A DNA stretch of 27,062 bases from a virus. Its lineage: Duplodnaviria; Caudoviricetes. Below are positions 15,279-24,465 of this stretch, piece after piece. The first letter of the stretch is position 1; every line of letters begins with the position of its first letter. The translations under genes and the position numbers were made by a program. The notes under the pieces are model-generated. The model had not been told where the DNA came from. It saw only the letters and a list, made by a program, of their open reading frames with translations, and searched no databases. The stretch covers positions 1-27,062 of IMG/VR virus record IMGVR_UViG_3300017784_001015; one strand, given 5' to 3'.

Positions 15279-16047
15279 AACAATAGTAGTTTATTCCTGC
15301 GCACACTCTGAACCTGAGGTCAGCAACACCCGCTTCAAAGCATTGGGTAAGTTCCTGTATGACTTGAAACCAGACATGGTGTTTGATCTGGGTGATGGCG
15401 CAGATATGCGTTCGCTTAATACCTACGATGAGAAGTCCCCCAAAGCAATCTCATCACAGAACTATGAGCGTGACATTGAGTGTTACAACCAGTCTCAAGA
15501 ATACCTTCGTGAACCCTTCAAGCATCATCGTAAGAAGCGCCCCTACTGGGTAGGTTTTGAGGGCAACCACGAGCATCGTATCAAGTCCTACGTAGCTAAG
15601 AACCCACGCAGCGAGGGTGAGAAGTTTGGGATTTCTTTCAGTCACCTTGATACAGACCACTGGTTTGATGAGTATCACGAGTATGAGAATGGTGGGCCAT
15701 CTGTTGCTATGTATGATGGTGTAGCCTATGCACACTACTTTACCTCTGGTAACTCTGCTACTGCAACTGGGGGTATCCATCATGCACATAGTGTGATCCA
15801 AAACCTAAGTTGCTCTGCTACCTGTGGACATTCACATAAGCGTGACTTACACTTCAAAGACACAGCATTACCGCATGGTAACATTGGCCTAGTGGTGGGT
15901 TGCTTCAAGGGTGCAGAGGAAGACTGGGCTGGTCAAGCTAACAAAGGCTGGTGGCAGGGCGTGGTGGTTAAGCGAGAGTTGGCTAATGGTATGTATGAAC
16001 CAGAGTTTGTATCTCTTGCGCAGATTATGAGAGCGTATGAAGAATGA
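15271..16047 (+). CDS. Calcineurin-like metallophosphoesterase
   Basis: SCAH, LGDGAD, GNHE, AHY and GHSH motifs. Confidence 0.88.
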   Translation: MTKTIVVYSCAHSEPEVSNTRFKALGKFLYDLKPDMVFDLGDGADMRSLNTYDEKSPKAISSQNYERDIECYNQSQEYLREPFKHHRKKRPYWVGFEGNHEHRIKSYVAKNPRSEGEKFGISFSHLDTDHWFDEYHEYENGGPSVAMYDGVAYAHYFTSGNSATATGGIHHAHSVIQNLSCSATCGHSHKRDLHFKDTALPHGNIGLVVGCFKGAEEDWAGQANKGWWQGVVVKRELANGMYEPEFVSLAQIMRAYEE

Positions 16048-16202
16048 GGTACGAAATTACGTTAGTTGTTAAGGTTGATAAAGATGCGGACTTCGCAGGT
16101 ACTGATGATGAAATGGATAACGTCTACAGCCTTGTAGAATCAGCTATCCTAGACCTTGACGATTTTAAACTACAGACACTAGAAGTATTGGAGTATGACT
16201 AA
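16044..16202 (+). CDS. Small acidic hypothetical protein (52 aa, MRYEITLVVKVDKDADF...EVLEYD)
   Basis: Hand-translated. ATGA overlap upstream and TAATG coupling downstream. Confidence 0.7.
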   Translation: MRYEITLVVKVDKDADFAGTDDEMDNVYSLVESAILDLDDFKLQTLEVLEYD

Positions 16203-16693
16203 TGACACAAGAAGAAGTAATGTCGCATGAAGGACATATGGTTGCAGAGTTCATCAGAACTTTTAAGGCATCCCTAGACCTACGCCTGTGGGTTAAACTT
16301 ATGCGGGAAGAGTTGAAAGAGTTTAATGAGAGTGTTTATGGTAGTGAGGATGCGTTAAAGGAGATTGCAGACTTACTGTATGTTCGTACTGGTTTCATCT
16401 TGGTACTTGGTGGTGGTATCGGAGAGGGTGTTATCACTGAGGAAGAAGAGCAAGAGTGGAAAGATTTGCTGTACCTTATCAGTGACGCTTTTGTACTAGC
16501 AGAAGAACAGTTTAGCACTGCAACAATCTGGGAAGCTTTCAAGCGTGTACACATTAGCAATATGTCTAAGCTTGGTGACGATGGTAAACCTATTCTTCGT
16601 GAGGATGGTAAGATCATGAAGGGGCCAAACTATAAGGAACCATACTTGACAGACCTGTTGAAAGATAGTACTATTGAAGCTGTAATTGACTAA
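16202..16693 (+). CDS. MazG-like / PRA-PH family nucleotide pyrophosphohydrolase
   Basis: LMREELKEF, LKEIADLLYV and VHISNMSKLGDDGKPILREDGKIMKGPNY motifs. Confidence 0.88.
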   Translation: MTQEEVMSHEGHMVAEFIRTFKASLDLRLWVKLMREELKEFNESVYGSEDALKEIADLLYVRTGFILVLGGGIGEGVITEEEEQEWKDLLYLISDAFVLAEEQFSTATIWEAFKRVHISNMSKLGDDGKPILREDGKIMKGPNYKEPYLTDLLKDSTIEAVID

Positions 16694-16703
16694 GGGGGTC
16701 AGA

Positions 16704-16904
16704 ATGAAAAAGAAATTACTAGAGACTTGGATCATGCGGTTCCTGCGCTTTGTGCATACTTGGCGGGCGCATCGTAGGATCATCAAAGAGCTTAATGCTA
16801 TGGATGATAAGACACTACGGGATATTGGTATTGATCGTAATGATATTGATAAACTGATCTGGTTGGAATTTGACAAAGAGAACCGAGGCGCTAATGGGAA
16901 ATAA
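16704..16904 (+). CDS. DUF1127 (YjiS-like) small protein
   Basis: WRAHRRIIKELNAMDDKTLRDIGIDRNDI matches the family pattern. Start trimmed to ATG 16704. Confidence 0.85.
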   Translation: MKKKLLETWIMRFLRFVHTWRAHRRIIKELNAMDDKTLRDIGIDRNDIDKLIWLEFDKENRGANGK

Positions 16905-18810
16905 CTACCTGCCTACAGACTATCAGTCGTTTATCGGAATTTCACGCTATGCCCGCTGGCTAGAGGAACTAAGTCGTCGTGAAAACTGGGGTGAAACTGT
17001 CTTTCGCTACATGGAGAACGTAGTAAATAAACTCCTTGCAAGCATTAATCACGTAGGTGGTGAGGCTATCGCTATTGAACAGGCTATCCTTAGCCTAGAC
17101 ATTATGCCTTCCATGCGGGCTGTTATGACTGCTGGCCCTGCGCTAGATCGTGATAACACTGCGGGGTACAACTGTTCGTATATGCCAGTGGATGACCCTA
17201 AGGCTTTTGACGAAGCTATGTTCATCCTGCTGTGTGGCACTGGTGTGGGCTTCTCTGTGGAGCGCCAGTTCATCAGCAAGCTACCAGAAGTACCAGAGAA
17301 TATGTTCCAGTCCGAGACCACTGTTGTGGTTAAGGATAGCAAAGAGGGTTGGGCTAAGGCACTACGTCAAGTGATTGCCCTGCTATACTCTGGTGAAATC
17401 CCTAAGTGGGATGTGTCTCTGGTTCGTCCTGCTGGTGCTAAGTTGAAGACCTTTGGTGGCCGTGCATCAGGCCCAGCGCCTCTGGTTGACTTGTTCCAGT
17501 TCGTTATTAGTAAGTTCAAGGAAGCCAAGGGACGTAAGCTATCGTCTATCGAATGCCATGACATCATGTGTAAGATTGGTGAAGTCGTCGTAGTTGGTGG
17601 TGTTCGTCGTAGTGCTATGATCTCTCTGTCTAACCTGTCAGATGATCGTATGCGTTACGCTAAGTCTGGTAACTGGTGGGAGAATAACCCTCAACGTGGT
17701 CTGGCTAATAACTCTGTTAGCTATACCGAGAAGCCTGATGCAGTAAGCTTTCTACGTGAGTGGACTGCACTTGTTGAGAGTGGTTCTGGTGAGCGTGGTA
17801 TCTTCAATCGTCAGGCATCCAAGAAGCAGGCAGCAAAGAATGGTCGCCGCAAGACTGACTTTGAGTTTGGTACTAACCCATGCTCAGAGATTATCCTGCG
17901 TCCATATCAGTTCTGCAACCTGACGGAAGTTGTTGTACGTGCTACGGATACGATCAAGACACTGGAAGAGAAGGTTCGCCTTGCTACCATCTTGGGTACG
18001 ATCCAGTCAACCTACACCAAGTTCCCCTATTTGCGTAAGATTTGGCAAACCAATACAGAAGAAGAGCGTCTGCTTGGTGTATCTCTGACGGGGATCATGG
18101 ACAATCCTCTGATGACTACAAAGAATGCTGGTCTAGATAAAACATTGGAGCATCTAAAGAATGTCGCTATTACTACTAATGCTGAGTGGGCTGAGCGCCT
18201 TGGCGTTCCTGTATCTGCTGCTATTACTTGTGTTAAACCATCGGGAACCGTCTCGCAACTTGTTGACTCAGCCTCAGGTATCCATGCTCGCCATAGTGCT
18301 TACTACATTCGGACTGTTCGAGGCGACAATAAAGACCCTCTTACACAGTTTATGAAAGACCAAGGTATCCCATCTGAACCTGATGTGATGAAGCCTACAC
18401 AGACCACCGTGTTTAGCTTCCCAATGAAGGCTCCAGAGGGTGCAGTGGTAACGGCTGACCTGAGTGCTATCGACCAGCTAGAGATGTGGTTGGCCTATCA
18501 GCGTCACTGGTGTGAGCATAAGCCATCTGTTACGATCAACGTGAAGGCAAGCGAGTGGTTCGAGGTAGGTGCTTTTGTCTACAAGCACTTTGATGAAATG
18601 TCTGGCGTATCCTTCTTGCCATACAATGAGCATACCTACCAGCAAGCACCCTACCAAGATATTGGTAAGTCCGAGTATGATAACCTGCTGTCTATTATGC
18701 CACTAGCTATTGACTGGGCCAAGCTTGCAGACTATGAACAGGAAGACAATACTTCTGGATCACAGACGATGGCTTGCGTAGGCTCTTGCGAAATTGTCGA
18801 TCTATCGTGA
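16894..18810 (+). CDS. nrdJ: Class II (adenosylcobalamin-dependent) ribonucleotide reductase
   Basis: PSMR, YNCSY, GTGVGFS, VGGVRRSA, TNPCSEI, QFCNLTE and TCVKPSGT motifs; C-terminal Cys pair; no beta-subunit gene in the window. Confidence 0.92.
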   Translation: MGNNYLPTDYQSFIGISRYARWLEELSRRENWGETVFRYMENVVNKLLASINHVGGEAIAIEQAILSLDIMPSMRAVMTAGPALDRDNTAGYNCSYMPVDDPKAFDEAMFILLCGTGVGFSVERQFISKLPEVPENMFQSETTVVVKDSKEGWAKALRQVIALLYSGEIPKWDVSLVRPAGAKLKTFGGRASGPAPLVDLFQFVISKFKEAKGRKLSSIECHDIMCKIGEVVVVGGVRRSAMISLSNLSDDRMRYAKSGNWWENNPQRGLANNSVSYTEKPDAVSFLREWTALVESGSGERGIFNRQASKKQAAKNGRRKTDFEFGTNPCSEIILRPYQFCNLTEVVVRATDTIKTLEEKVRLATILGTIQSTYTKFPYLRKIWQTNTEEERLLGVSLTGIMDNPLMTTKNAGLDKTLEHLKNVAITTNAEWAERLGVPVSAAITCVKPSGTVSQLVDSASGIHARHSAYYIRTVRGDNKDPLTQFMKDQGIPSEPDVMKPTQTTVFSFPMKAPEGAVVTADLSAIDQLEMWLAYQRHWCEHKPSVTINVKASEWFEVGAFVYKHFDEMSGVSFLPYNEHTYQQAPYQDIGKSEYDNLLSIMPLAIDWAKLADYEQEDNTSGSQTMACVGSCEIVDLS

Positions 18811-19346
18811 AGAAAGACTTAACAGGTAAAACTTTTGGCTCCCTCTACGTTGTAGGGGTGGCCGAGGTTTCTCGCAATGGACACTATAGATACTGCGTAA
18901 AATGTTTGTGTGGTGTTGAAAAGGTTGTTTTAGGTACCCACCTTCTACAAGGTAATACAACACACTGTGGATGTTCAAAACGAAAACCAAGAAACTGGAA
19001 AGGGTGTGGAACCGTTTCTGCTACTTATTTTAGTTCCCTCAAGAGAGGTGCAGATGGTGGGAAGGGGCGTAAGCCTATCCTTTTCAAGGTTACGATAGAG
19101 TCTATTGCAAACTTGTTAGATGTAGTGCAGAAAGGTAAGTGTGCCTTGACAGGTCTCAAAATCTCTATTAAGGATAAGACAGCCTCACTAGACCGAATAG
19201 ATAGTTCTAAGGGCTACGAGGAAGGTAACGTGCAATGGCTACATAAGGATGTTAATATGATGAAACGTCACTACTCTCAGGATTACTTTGTTTATCTTTG
19301 TCACCTTGTATCTGGTGATGCTTGTGAGATTGTTGACTTGACTTAA
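18807..19346 (+). CDS. Free-standing HNH-type (beta-beta-alpha-Me) putative homing endonuclease
   Basis: The GTG start overlaps the RNR stop (GTGA). N-terminal DLTGKTFGSLYV...KCLCG; C-terminal CALTG...SLDRIDSSKGYEEGNVQWLHKDVNMMK. Confidence 0.85.
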   Translation: MKKDLTGKTFGSLYVVGVAEVSRNGHYRYCVKCLCGVEKVVLGTHLLQGNTTHCGCSKRKPRNWKGCGTVSATYFSSLKRGADGGKGRKPILFKVTIESIANLLDVVQKGKCALTGLKISIKDKTASLDRIDSSKGYEEGNVQWLHKDVNMMKRHYSQDYFVYLCHLVSGDACEIVDLT

Positions 19347-19349
19347 GGA

Positions 19350-19467
19350 TAAGCGTCTGACCTAGGCTTCGGCCTAATCTGTGGATGTTACACAGTGAGT
19401 GGAATTGATCAACCACAAGGTTATTGGGATAGGTTACAGCTAGTGCTTATTGCACCTGTCTGGCTTA
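19350..19467 (+). ncRNA. Candidate structured non-coding RNA (multi-branch)
   Basis: Hand-folded stems: TAAGC/GCTTA, TGACC/GGTTA, TAGGC-TTCG-GCCTA, CTGTG/CACAG, GTGG/CCAC and GGATAGGT/ACCTGTCT, within a 170-nt intergenic gap. Confidence 0.5.
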
Positions 19468-19516
19468 GGGTTATAGCGCCCCTCGTCCTACCTCTAGAAT
19501 ATAACAAGGAGTTAAT

Positions 19517-19747
19517 GTGTACACAATTATTGGAAGACCTGACTGCCACTGGTGTGACAAAGCCAAGCAGCTACTCACAGAAAAAGGGCGAGAGTATCAG
19601 TACATCGACTGCACTGAGAATACTTGGGTAGTGGCTATTATGTTGAAGGGCGGATACCGAAAGGTTCCACTTGTTATTCAACATACAGAAGTCATTGGTG
19701 GGTACTTGGAGCTAGAAGAGAAGTTTAAGGAACTAGCTGATGGATGA
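19517..19747 (+). CDS. Glutaredoxin
   Basis: CHWC active site, KVPLV and IGGY motifs; AAGGAG Shine-Dalgarno with GTG start. Confidence 0.92.
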   Translation: MYTIIGRPDCHWCDKAKQLLTEKGREYQYIDCTENTWVVAIMLKGGYRKVPLVIQHTEVIGGYLELEEKFKELADG

Positions 19748-20444
19748 GGGTAAGCCTAAGGGCAAACGAGTGAGTCGCTACAAGAATGCACCAGAGGAAG
19801 CTACTGTCCGCACTGTAAAGCTTGTGGCTATGAATGATACACAGCAGCGGTACATCTCTGCATTGCAAACACATAACCAGATCATTGTGACTGGCTTTAG
19901 TGGCACAGGGAAAACCTTTATCGCCGCATCTCATGCAGCTAATCTGTATGCTAATCGAAAGATTGACCGTATCATTATCACACGACCTAACATCGCTGTA
20001 GGTAAAGACCTTGGGTATCTTCCCGGAACTCTCGAAGAGAAGTACACCCCGTGGATCATGCCCGTACTAGACGTGCTGGAACAACATCTAGGTAAGAATG
20101 TGGTAGAGACGGGGATGAAGAACGGTAACATCCAGATGGTTCCCCTCTCTGTTATGCGGGGTCGTAGCTTCAATAAGTCTTTCATTATTGTGGATGAAGC
20201 ACAGAACCTGACGATTCATGAGATGAAAATGCTCTTGACTCGTGTAGGTAAAGAATGTACTATTGTCATCAACGGCGATATCAAACAAAGTGACATCAAT
20301 CAACAGAGTGGTCTTAGTAAGATTCTACATCTAGCTAAGAAGTACAACATGGATATCCCAACCATCGAGTTTGGTGTTGATGATATTGTTCGTAGTGATA
20401 TCTGTAAGCAGTGGATTATTGCATTTGAAGGAGAGAATCTATAA
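19740..20444 (+). CDS. phoH: PhoH-family ATPase
   Basis: GFSGTGKT, ITRP, LGYLPG, MRGRSF, DEAQN, GDIKQSD and DIVRS motifs. Confidence 0.95.
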   Translation: MDEGKPKGKRVSRYKNAPEEATVRTVKLVAMNDTQQRYISALQTHNQIIVTGFSGTGKTFIAASHAANLYANRKIDRIIITRPNIAVGKDLGYLPGTLEEKYTPWIMPVLDVLEQHLGKNVVETGMKNGNIQMVPLSVMRGRSFNKSFIIVDEAQNLTIHEMKMLLTRVGKECTIVINGDIKQSDINQQSGLSKILHLAKKYNMDIPTIEFGVDDIVRSDICKQWIIAFEGENL

Positions 20445-20770
20445 TGGCATGGTGGGATCACGAAGAACTAAAAGAAATTGTGAAGGAAGATGATATGGCT
20501 AAGTGGAATGTACTAGGTGTTGAAGAACCAGAATCAGACAATGTGAACCACCCAAAGCACTATGGTCAGGGTGACATTGAGTGTATTGACTATATTGCAG
20601 ACTTCCTGACTTATGAAGAGTATATCGGGTATCTGCGGGGTAATGTTGCAAAGTATCTGCATCGTTGGCGCTATAAGAGTGGTCTAGAAGACTTGAAGAA
20701 AGCACAGTGGTATCTGGCAAGGCTAGTTGAAGAGGTGGAAAATGCAGAAGACAACCCTGAACAAACCTAA
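20444..20770 (+). CDS. DUF3310 protein (T7 gp1.7 nucleotide kinase-like)
   Basis: DNVNHPKHY, IECID and GNVAKYLHRWRYKSGLEDLKKAQWYL motifs. Confidence 0.88.
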   Translation: MAWWDHEELKEIVKEDDMAKWNVLGVEEPESDNVNHPKHYGQGDIECIDYIADFLTYEEYIGYLRGNVAKYLHRWRYKSGLEDLKKAQWYLARLVEEVENAEDNPEQT

Positions 20771-20996
20771 CGAGAAGTCCGCTGAGGTGGTTAAAGTGAA
20801 TGCAATGCTTGAAGAAGAAGCCAAGCAGTTCACCGCCAAGAAGAAGTTTGGTGGCCCACCTAAACCTATGACATCCCGAATCTACCTAATGGGGATGGCA
20901 ATGAATGCCCTGCTGTCTAGGTCTACAGGCATGGTACGTAGGGATGATGTCAAGCGAGAGGCAGAGGAATGGGCTGACTTTATGCTTGAGGACTAA
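20742..20996 (+). CDS. Hypothetical protein (84 aa)
   Basis: GAGGTG Shine-Dalgarno before ATG 20742; last gene of the + arm. Confidence 0.7.
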   Translation: MQKTTLNKPNEKSAEVVKVNAMLEEEAKQFTAKKKFGGPPKPMTSRIYLMGMAMNALLSRSTGMVRRDDVKREAEEWADFMLED

Positions 20997-21002
20997 ACTT
21001 AA

Positions 21003-21031
21003 AGGGAGCCACAAAGGCTCCCTCTCTTTTT
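21003..21031. terminator. Rho-independent terminator between convergent arms, probably bidirectional
   Basis: Stem AGGGAGCC-ACAAA-GGCTCCCT followed by CTCTTTTT; A-rich sequence on the left flank. Confidence 0.85.
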
Positions 21032-21033
21032 GT

Positions 21034-24000
21034 TTATTGTGGTTGATCCCTTCTTTGATCTGGGAAACCCTTAACAGGCTCTGCCATCTGAGTAGACCAC
21101 GCCATAATAGCCTGTCTTTTCCTGACCTCTTCCTCAACATTCTCAGAGGCACCAAGGAAAGAAGCAGCATCCGCAAACTCTCCGTTAGTAAAAGTTCTTA
21201 CTGCGGCGTCATAGATGTCTTTCTTACCAGAACTTTTGATGGCTTTTCTTTCTTCAATAACGTAAAGATTACGAACATACCCTGCAGCCAACCTAGGTTT
21301 TTTCTCTAGAAGTTCCTTAAAGCTTTGCTCTACTTGATTCTTAGCTTTGTCTCTCTCAATCGTGATAAATTGATTTAACAGATATCTCTGATCATCCGTA
21401 TTTGTAATCTCATTATAAGTCTTATCACCAAACCTACCACCATGCTTAACTTGATCTCTCCAAGCAAAGAACTTCCTAGGCAGGTTTTTACCCAGAATTT
21501 CTCTCACAAAGATATCTGCAGCAGGGTTTTCTACAGTCTTGTTCCCATAGATTTCAAACTCTTTGATTTGCATACGGCTCATCTCTTCTTGCAACTGGTT
21601 AGGTTTTGCAGATGTCTGCATACCAAGCTGCTTAGATAGAGGGTCAAAAGTGCCAATAGGGGTCGAACTAAATGGGCTGTAGTAAGGGATAGCTGATTTA
21701 CCGTTATAGCTCTGTGCGTATTGAACAAAGTCTACCTCTGGCAAGAAGCGTGTTGCCCTACGGATCATCTCATCTAGGAAGTTACCTTCACCGTAGGTTT
21801 CAACATTATCCAAGTCTCCACCAAGAACTTCTCTTGTATACGGGGTAGTACCTAGCTCAGGATTAACCTGTCCATAGAAGTCTCTTGTAGGTGTCAGTGG
21901 GTACGTAAACGTGGCAGCAATGTCTCCCAAAGACCGAGCAAGTCCAACTGTTAGTACACCCTCTTCATAACTCTTCGCTATCTCTTTGAACAAGGGCGCG
22001 TCAATACCTATGTCAGTCTGACCAATAGAGATATCCATCATGGTACTAAAGATACCCTCTGTTGGCAGGTCATTCTTCCAACGATAATAAAGATCGCCCA
22101 AGTACATATTCATCAGCCAAGGGCCAGCAGTACGGCTTAAGTCAACAAGACCTGTATCTGTTTTGTGCTTATCATAGTCAACAGTACCTTCGGTAGATGC
22201 AGCAGTGTATGCACCCAACATAAAGAGGGAAGCCCCTGTCATCTGCCTTGCAAAACGATCCTGACCAGTCTTGTTGACATCCCCAAAGACAACACTATCA
22301 TACTTATTTAGGCCACCAGTCATAAGACCAATAGGGGTGTAGTCATTGATGTGTTCAAGGTGGTTGGCAATGTACCTTGGGAATGGGATACCAAAACCTG
22401 CGGATACAACAAAGGGAAGCTTGTGGTGTGCGTCAATAACACCCTGTGCTACCTTACCAAAGGCAGACTTGTCGCCCCTATAGGAACGCTGGAAGGTAAA
22501 CCTACGAGCATCATCAATAGCCTTGGTCATAACACCCTCTGGAAGATTGTCCAGTGGGATTTTCTTCGCTAGGAACTCACCGAGATTCTTACCAATAGCA
22601 GGATCAGCAATGTCTCTCAACTGTCTGTCTACACTAGAATACAAGACACCCTGCTTGAACACAGAGTCCACAGTGGAGTTCAGTACGTTGACACCCCTGC
22701 CAACCTTGGCCAAGCGGGAGGTACTCTCAGAGGCTGTCTCCGCACGAGAAGCTTCATAGAAGAGTTCAGAATACTGTTCTGGTTGTTCCTCAAGGAAGAC
22801 CTCTTTGAAGAGCTTTGCATCACCCTTGTTCAAGGAGAGTCCTTTGATTGTAGAGAGAACGCCACCAACCCATTTACGTTGAACTTTATCCCCAACCTTT
22901 TTACCTACAGTGACGTTAGCTACGTTCTTCCAGAATTGATCTGACATATCAATGAGTACGTTACCAGCAGAGGTGATGGTGTTAGCAGCAGTAGTACCAA
23001 GCTGAGAGGTCATAAAGGCAATACGAATAGAGTCTGCCTCTTTCAATGCGTTATAGATAGGGTTACCTTTATCCTTATACACGCTGGCAGCAACAGTACG
23101 TAGCTCAGAGTCAGCCAGAGTTTCAAGTCCGCTTGCTGCCAAGAAGTCCAAGTCTCTAGTAGTTGCCTCGACCTCTGCCTTTGCAGCACCCTTTGCTGTG
23201 GAACGAGTCTGAGCCTGCTTGATGTAGCTTGCTTCTGCCAATGTCTTACCAGCTTGAGACAAGTCAGCCAGAAAGATATAAGAAGTTTGTTCTTTTGATA
23301 GACCATACTTAGTACGTAGGTCAGCCAAGTAGCTGCTATCAATCTCACTCTTTTGTAGACCTCTTGCAACAGCAGAAGAGATACGTTCGTTAGGTTCAAC
23401 TTTAAAACGATCTATAATGTCAATGGTGGCAGCAGTAATGCTACGTAAGGTATCTATAGAGAGGTTACCTGTGATAAACCTATCAACCGTACCAGACAAA
23501 ACTTCCTTCTTGAGGAGATTACCTTTCTCAACCAACTTAGGATCAAGAGGATCAAGCTTAACACCCTTAAACCGCGCATCTAAGGCCAACGCTGTAGAGA
23601 CAGCACGATCAGCAGCAGCAGAAACTTTTGCAGGTTTTACTGAGGCTATCGTTGTCTTAGCATTAGTAACACCAGTAGTTTTAGTTGCAAGATTTGCAGC
23701 ATCACGAGCGATAAGGCTCTCAACAATACCACGCTGAGTTCTTGTATCTAAGGCACGAGTGGCAGAACCTAATGCACCACCAATGGTAGCTGCAACAAGC
23801 CCATCACGAAGAAGATTCCCTGTTGTGTACTCTTGTCCAGAAGCTTTCTCACGAGTCTTACCTTGTAAGAAGGATTGACCAGCACCAAGAGAACCCTCTA
23901 CTACAGCAGAAGATACACCCCCCATAAGGGCTTGTTTACCGATTGTACCTACAACCTGATCCTTCACAGCACCAGTGGCTACACCCTTACGAACAAGCTC

Positions 24001-24465
24001 AGAGATAGTCTGACGCATTGCAAGCTGTGCAGCCTTACCCGCTGCCTTTGCAGCAAGCTTAGAGCCTACGCCCCAACCAGCAGTACCCACTGTGGCAAGA
24101 GTGCTGGGAGACGTAGCAAAGGCTGACAGATAGTCTATTGCACCATCCAGCTTACCTGTGCCACCACCCTCAGCCCTGTCATAGGCCATCATAAGATTAC
24201 CAAAAGATTTTAACTCTTCTTGAGGTAGGTTCTCTTGTTTTACAAAATTGTAATCCTTAAGGGCAGTAATCTCATTGGTATCCTGCCAGCGCATATGCTC
24301 AACAAACTTATCCGTTAAGCCTTCTGCCCCAAGCTCCTTCATCTCGTCACCAGACAGACCATAACGAGAACTTCTAAAGAACAGCACAAGGTCTTTTTGA
24401 AACTCAGGGTTATCCTTAAGTTCCATAAAGTCTTTGCCATCGACCTCTTCTAAGTAACTGCCCAT
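21034..24465 (-). CDS. Large putative internal virion (ejection) protein (1143 aa)
   Basis: Size, Ala/Gly-rich N-terminal region and position at the end of the late arm. Function inferred, no diagnostic motif. Confidence 0.65.
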   Translation of the reverse strand: MGSYLEEVDGKDFMELKDNPEFQKDLVLFFRSSRYGLSGDEMKELGAEGLTDKFVEHMRWQDTNEITALKDYNFVKQENLPQEELKSFGNLMMAYDRAEGGGTGKLDGAIDYLSAFATSPSTLATVGTAGWGVGSKLAAKAAGKAAQLAMRQTISELVRKGVATGAVKDQVVGTIGKQALMGGVSSAVVEGSLGAGQSFLQGKTREKASGQEYTTGNLLRDGLVAATIGGALGSATRALDTRTQRGIVESLIARDAANLATKTTGVTNAKTTIASVKPAKVSAAADRAVSTALALDARFKGVKLDPLDPKLVEKGNLLKKEVLSGTVDRFITGNLSIDTLRSITAATIDIIDRFKVEPNERISSAVARGLQKSEIDSSYLADLRTKYGLSKEQTSYIFLADLSQAGKTLAEASYIKQAQTRSTAKGAAKAEVEATTRDLDFLAASGLETLADSELRTVAASVYKDKGNPIYNALKEADSIRIAFMTSQLGTTAANTITSAGNVLIDMSDQFWKNVANVTVGKKVGDKVQRKWVGGVLSTIKGLSLNKGDAKLFKEVFLEEQPEQYSELFYEASRAETASESTSRLAKVGRGVNVLNSTVDSVFKQGVLYSSVDRQLRDIADPAIGKNLGEFLAKKIPLDNLPEGVMTKAIDDARRFTFQRSYRGDKSAFGKVAQGVIDAHHKLPFVVSAGFGIPFPRYIANHLEHINDYTPIGLMTGGLNKYDSVVFGDVNKTGQDRFARQMTGASLFMLGAYTAASTEGTVDYDKHKTDTGLVDLSRTAGPWLMNMYLGDLYYRWKNDLPTEGIFSTMMDISIGQTDIGIDAPLFKEIAKSYEEGVLTVGLARSLGDIAATFTYPLTPTRDFYGQVNPELGTTPYTREVLGGDLDNVETYGEGNFLDEMIRRATRFLPEVDFVQYAQSYNGKSAIPYYSPFSSTPIGTFDPLSKQLGMQTSAKPNQLQEEMSRMQIKEFEIYGNKTVENPAADIFVREILGKNLPRKFFAWRDQVKHGGRFGDKTYNEITNTDDQRYLLNQFITIERDKAKNQVEQSFKELLEKKPRLAAGYVRNLYVIEERKAIKSSGKKDIYDAAVRTFTNGEFADAASFLGASENVEEEVRKRQAIMAWSTQMAEPVKGFPDQRRDQPQ

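Noticed and set aside
18778-19310. Group I intron or intein in nrdJ
   Set aside because: The insert is almost entirely coding with no room for an intron core, the RNR has its own stop and complete tail, and no intein terminal motifs are present.
19466-19504. HDV-like (theta) ribozyme suggested by CCTCGT and TTATA/TATAA
   Set aside because: P1 and P3 pairings of the nested double pseudoknot could not be built by hand.
19395-19631. Listed 78-aa ORF across the intergenic region and glutaredoxin
   Set aside because: No clear RBS, it overlaps a confident gene out of frame, and the region is better explained by RNA structure.
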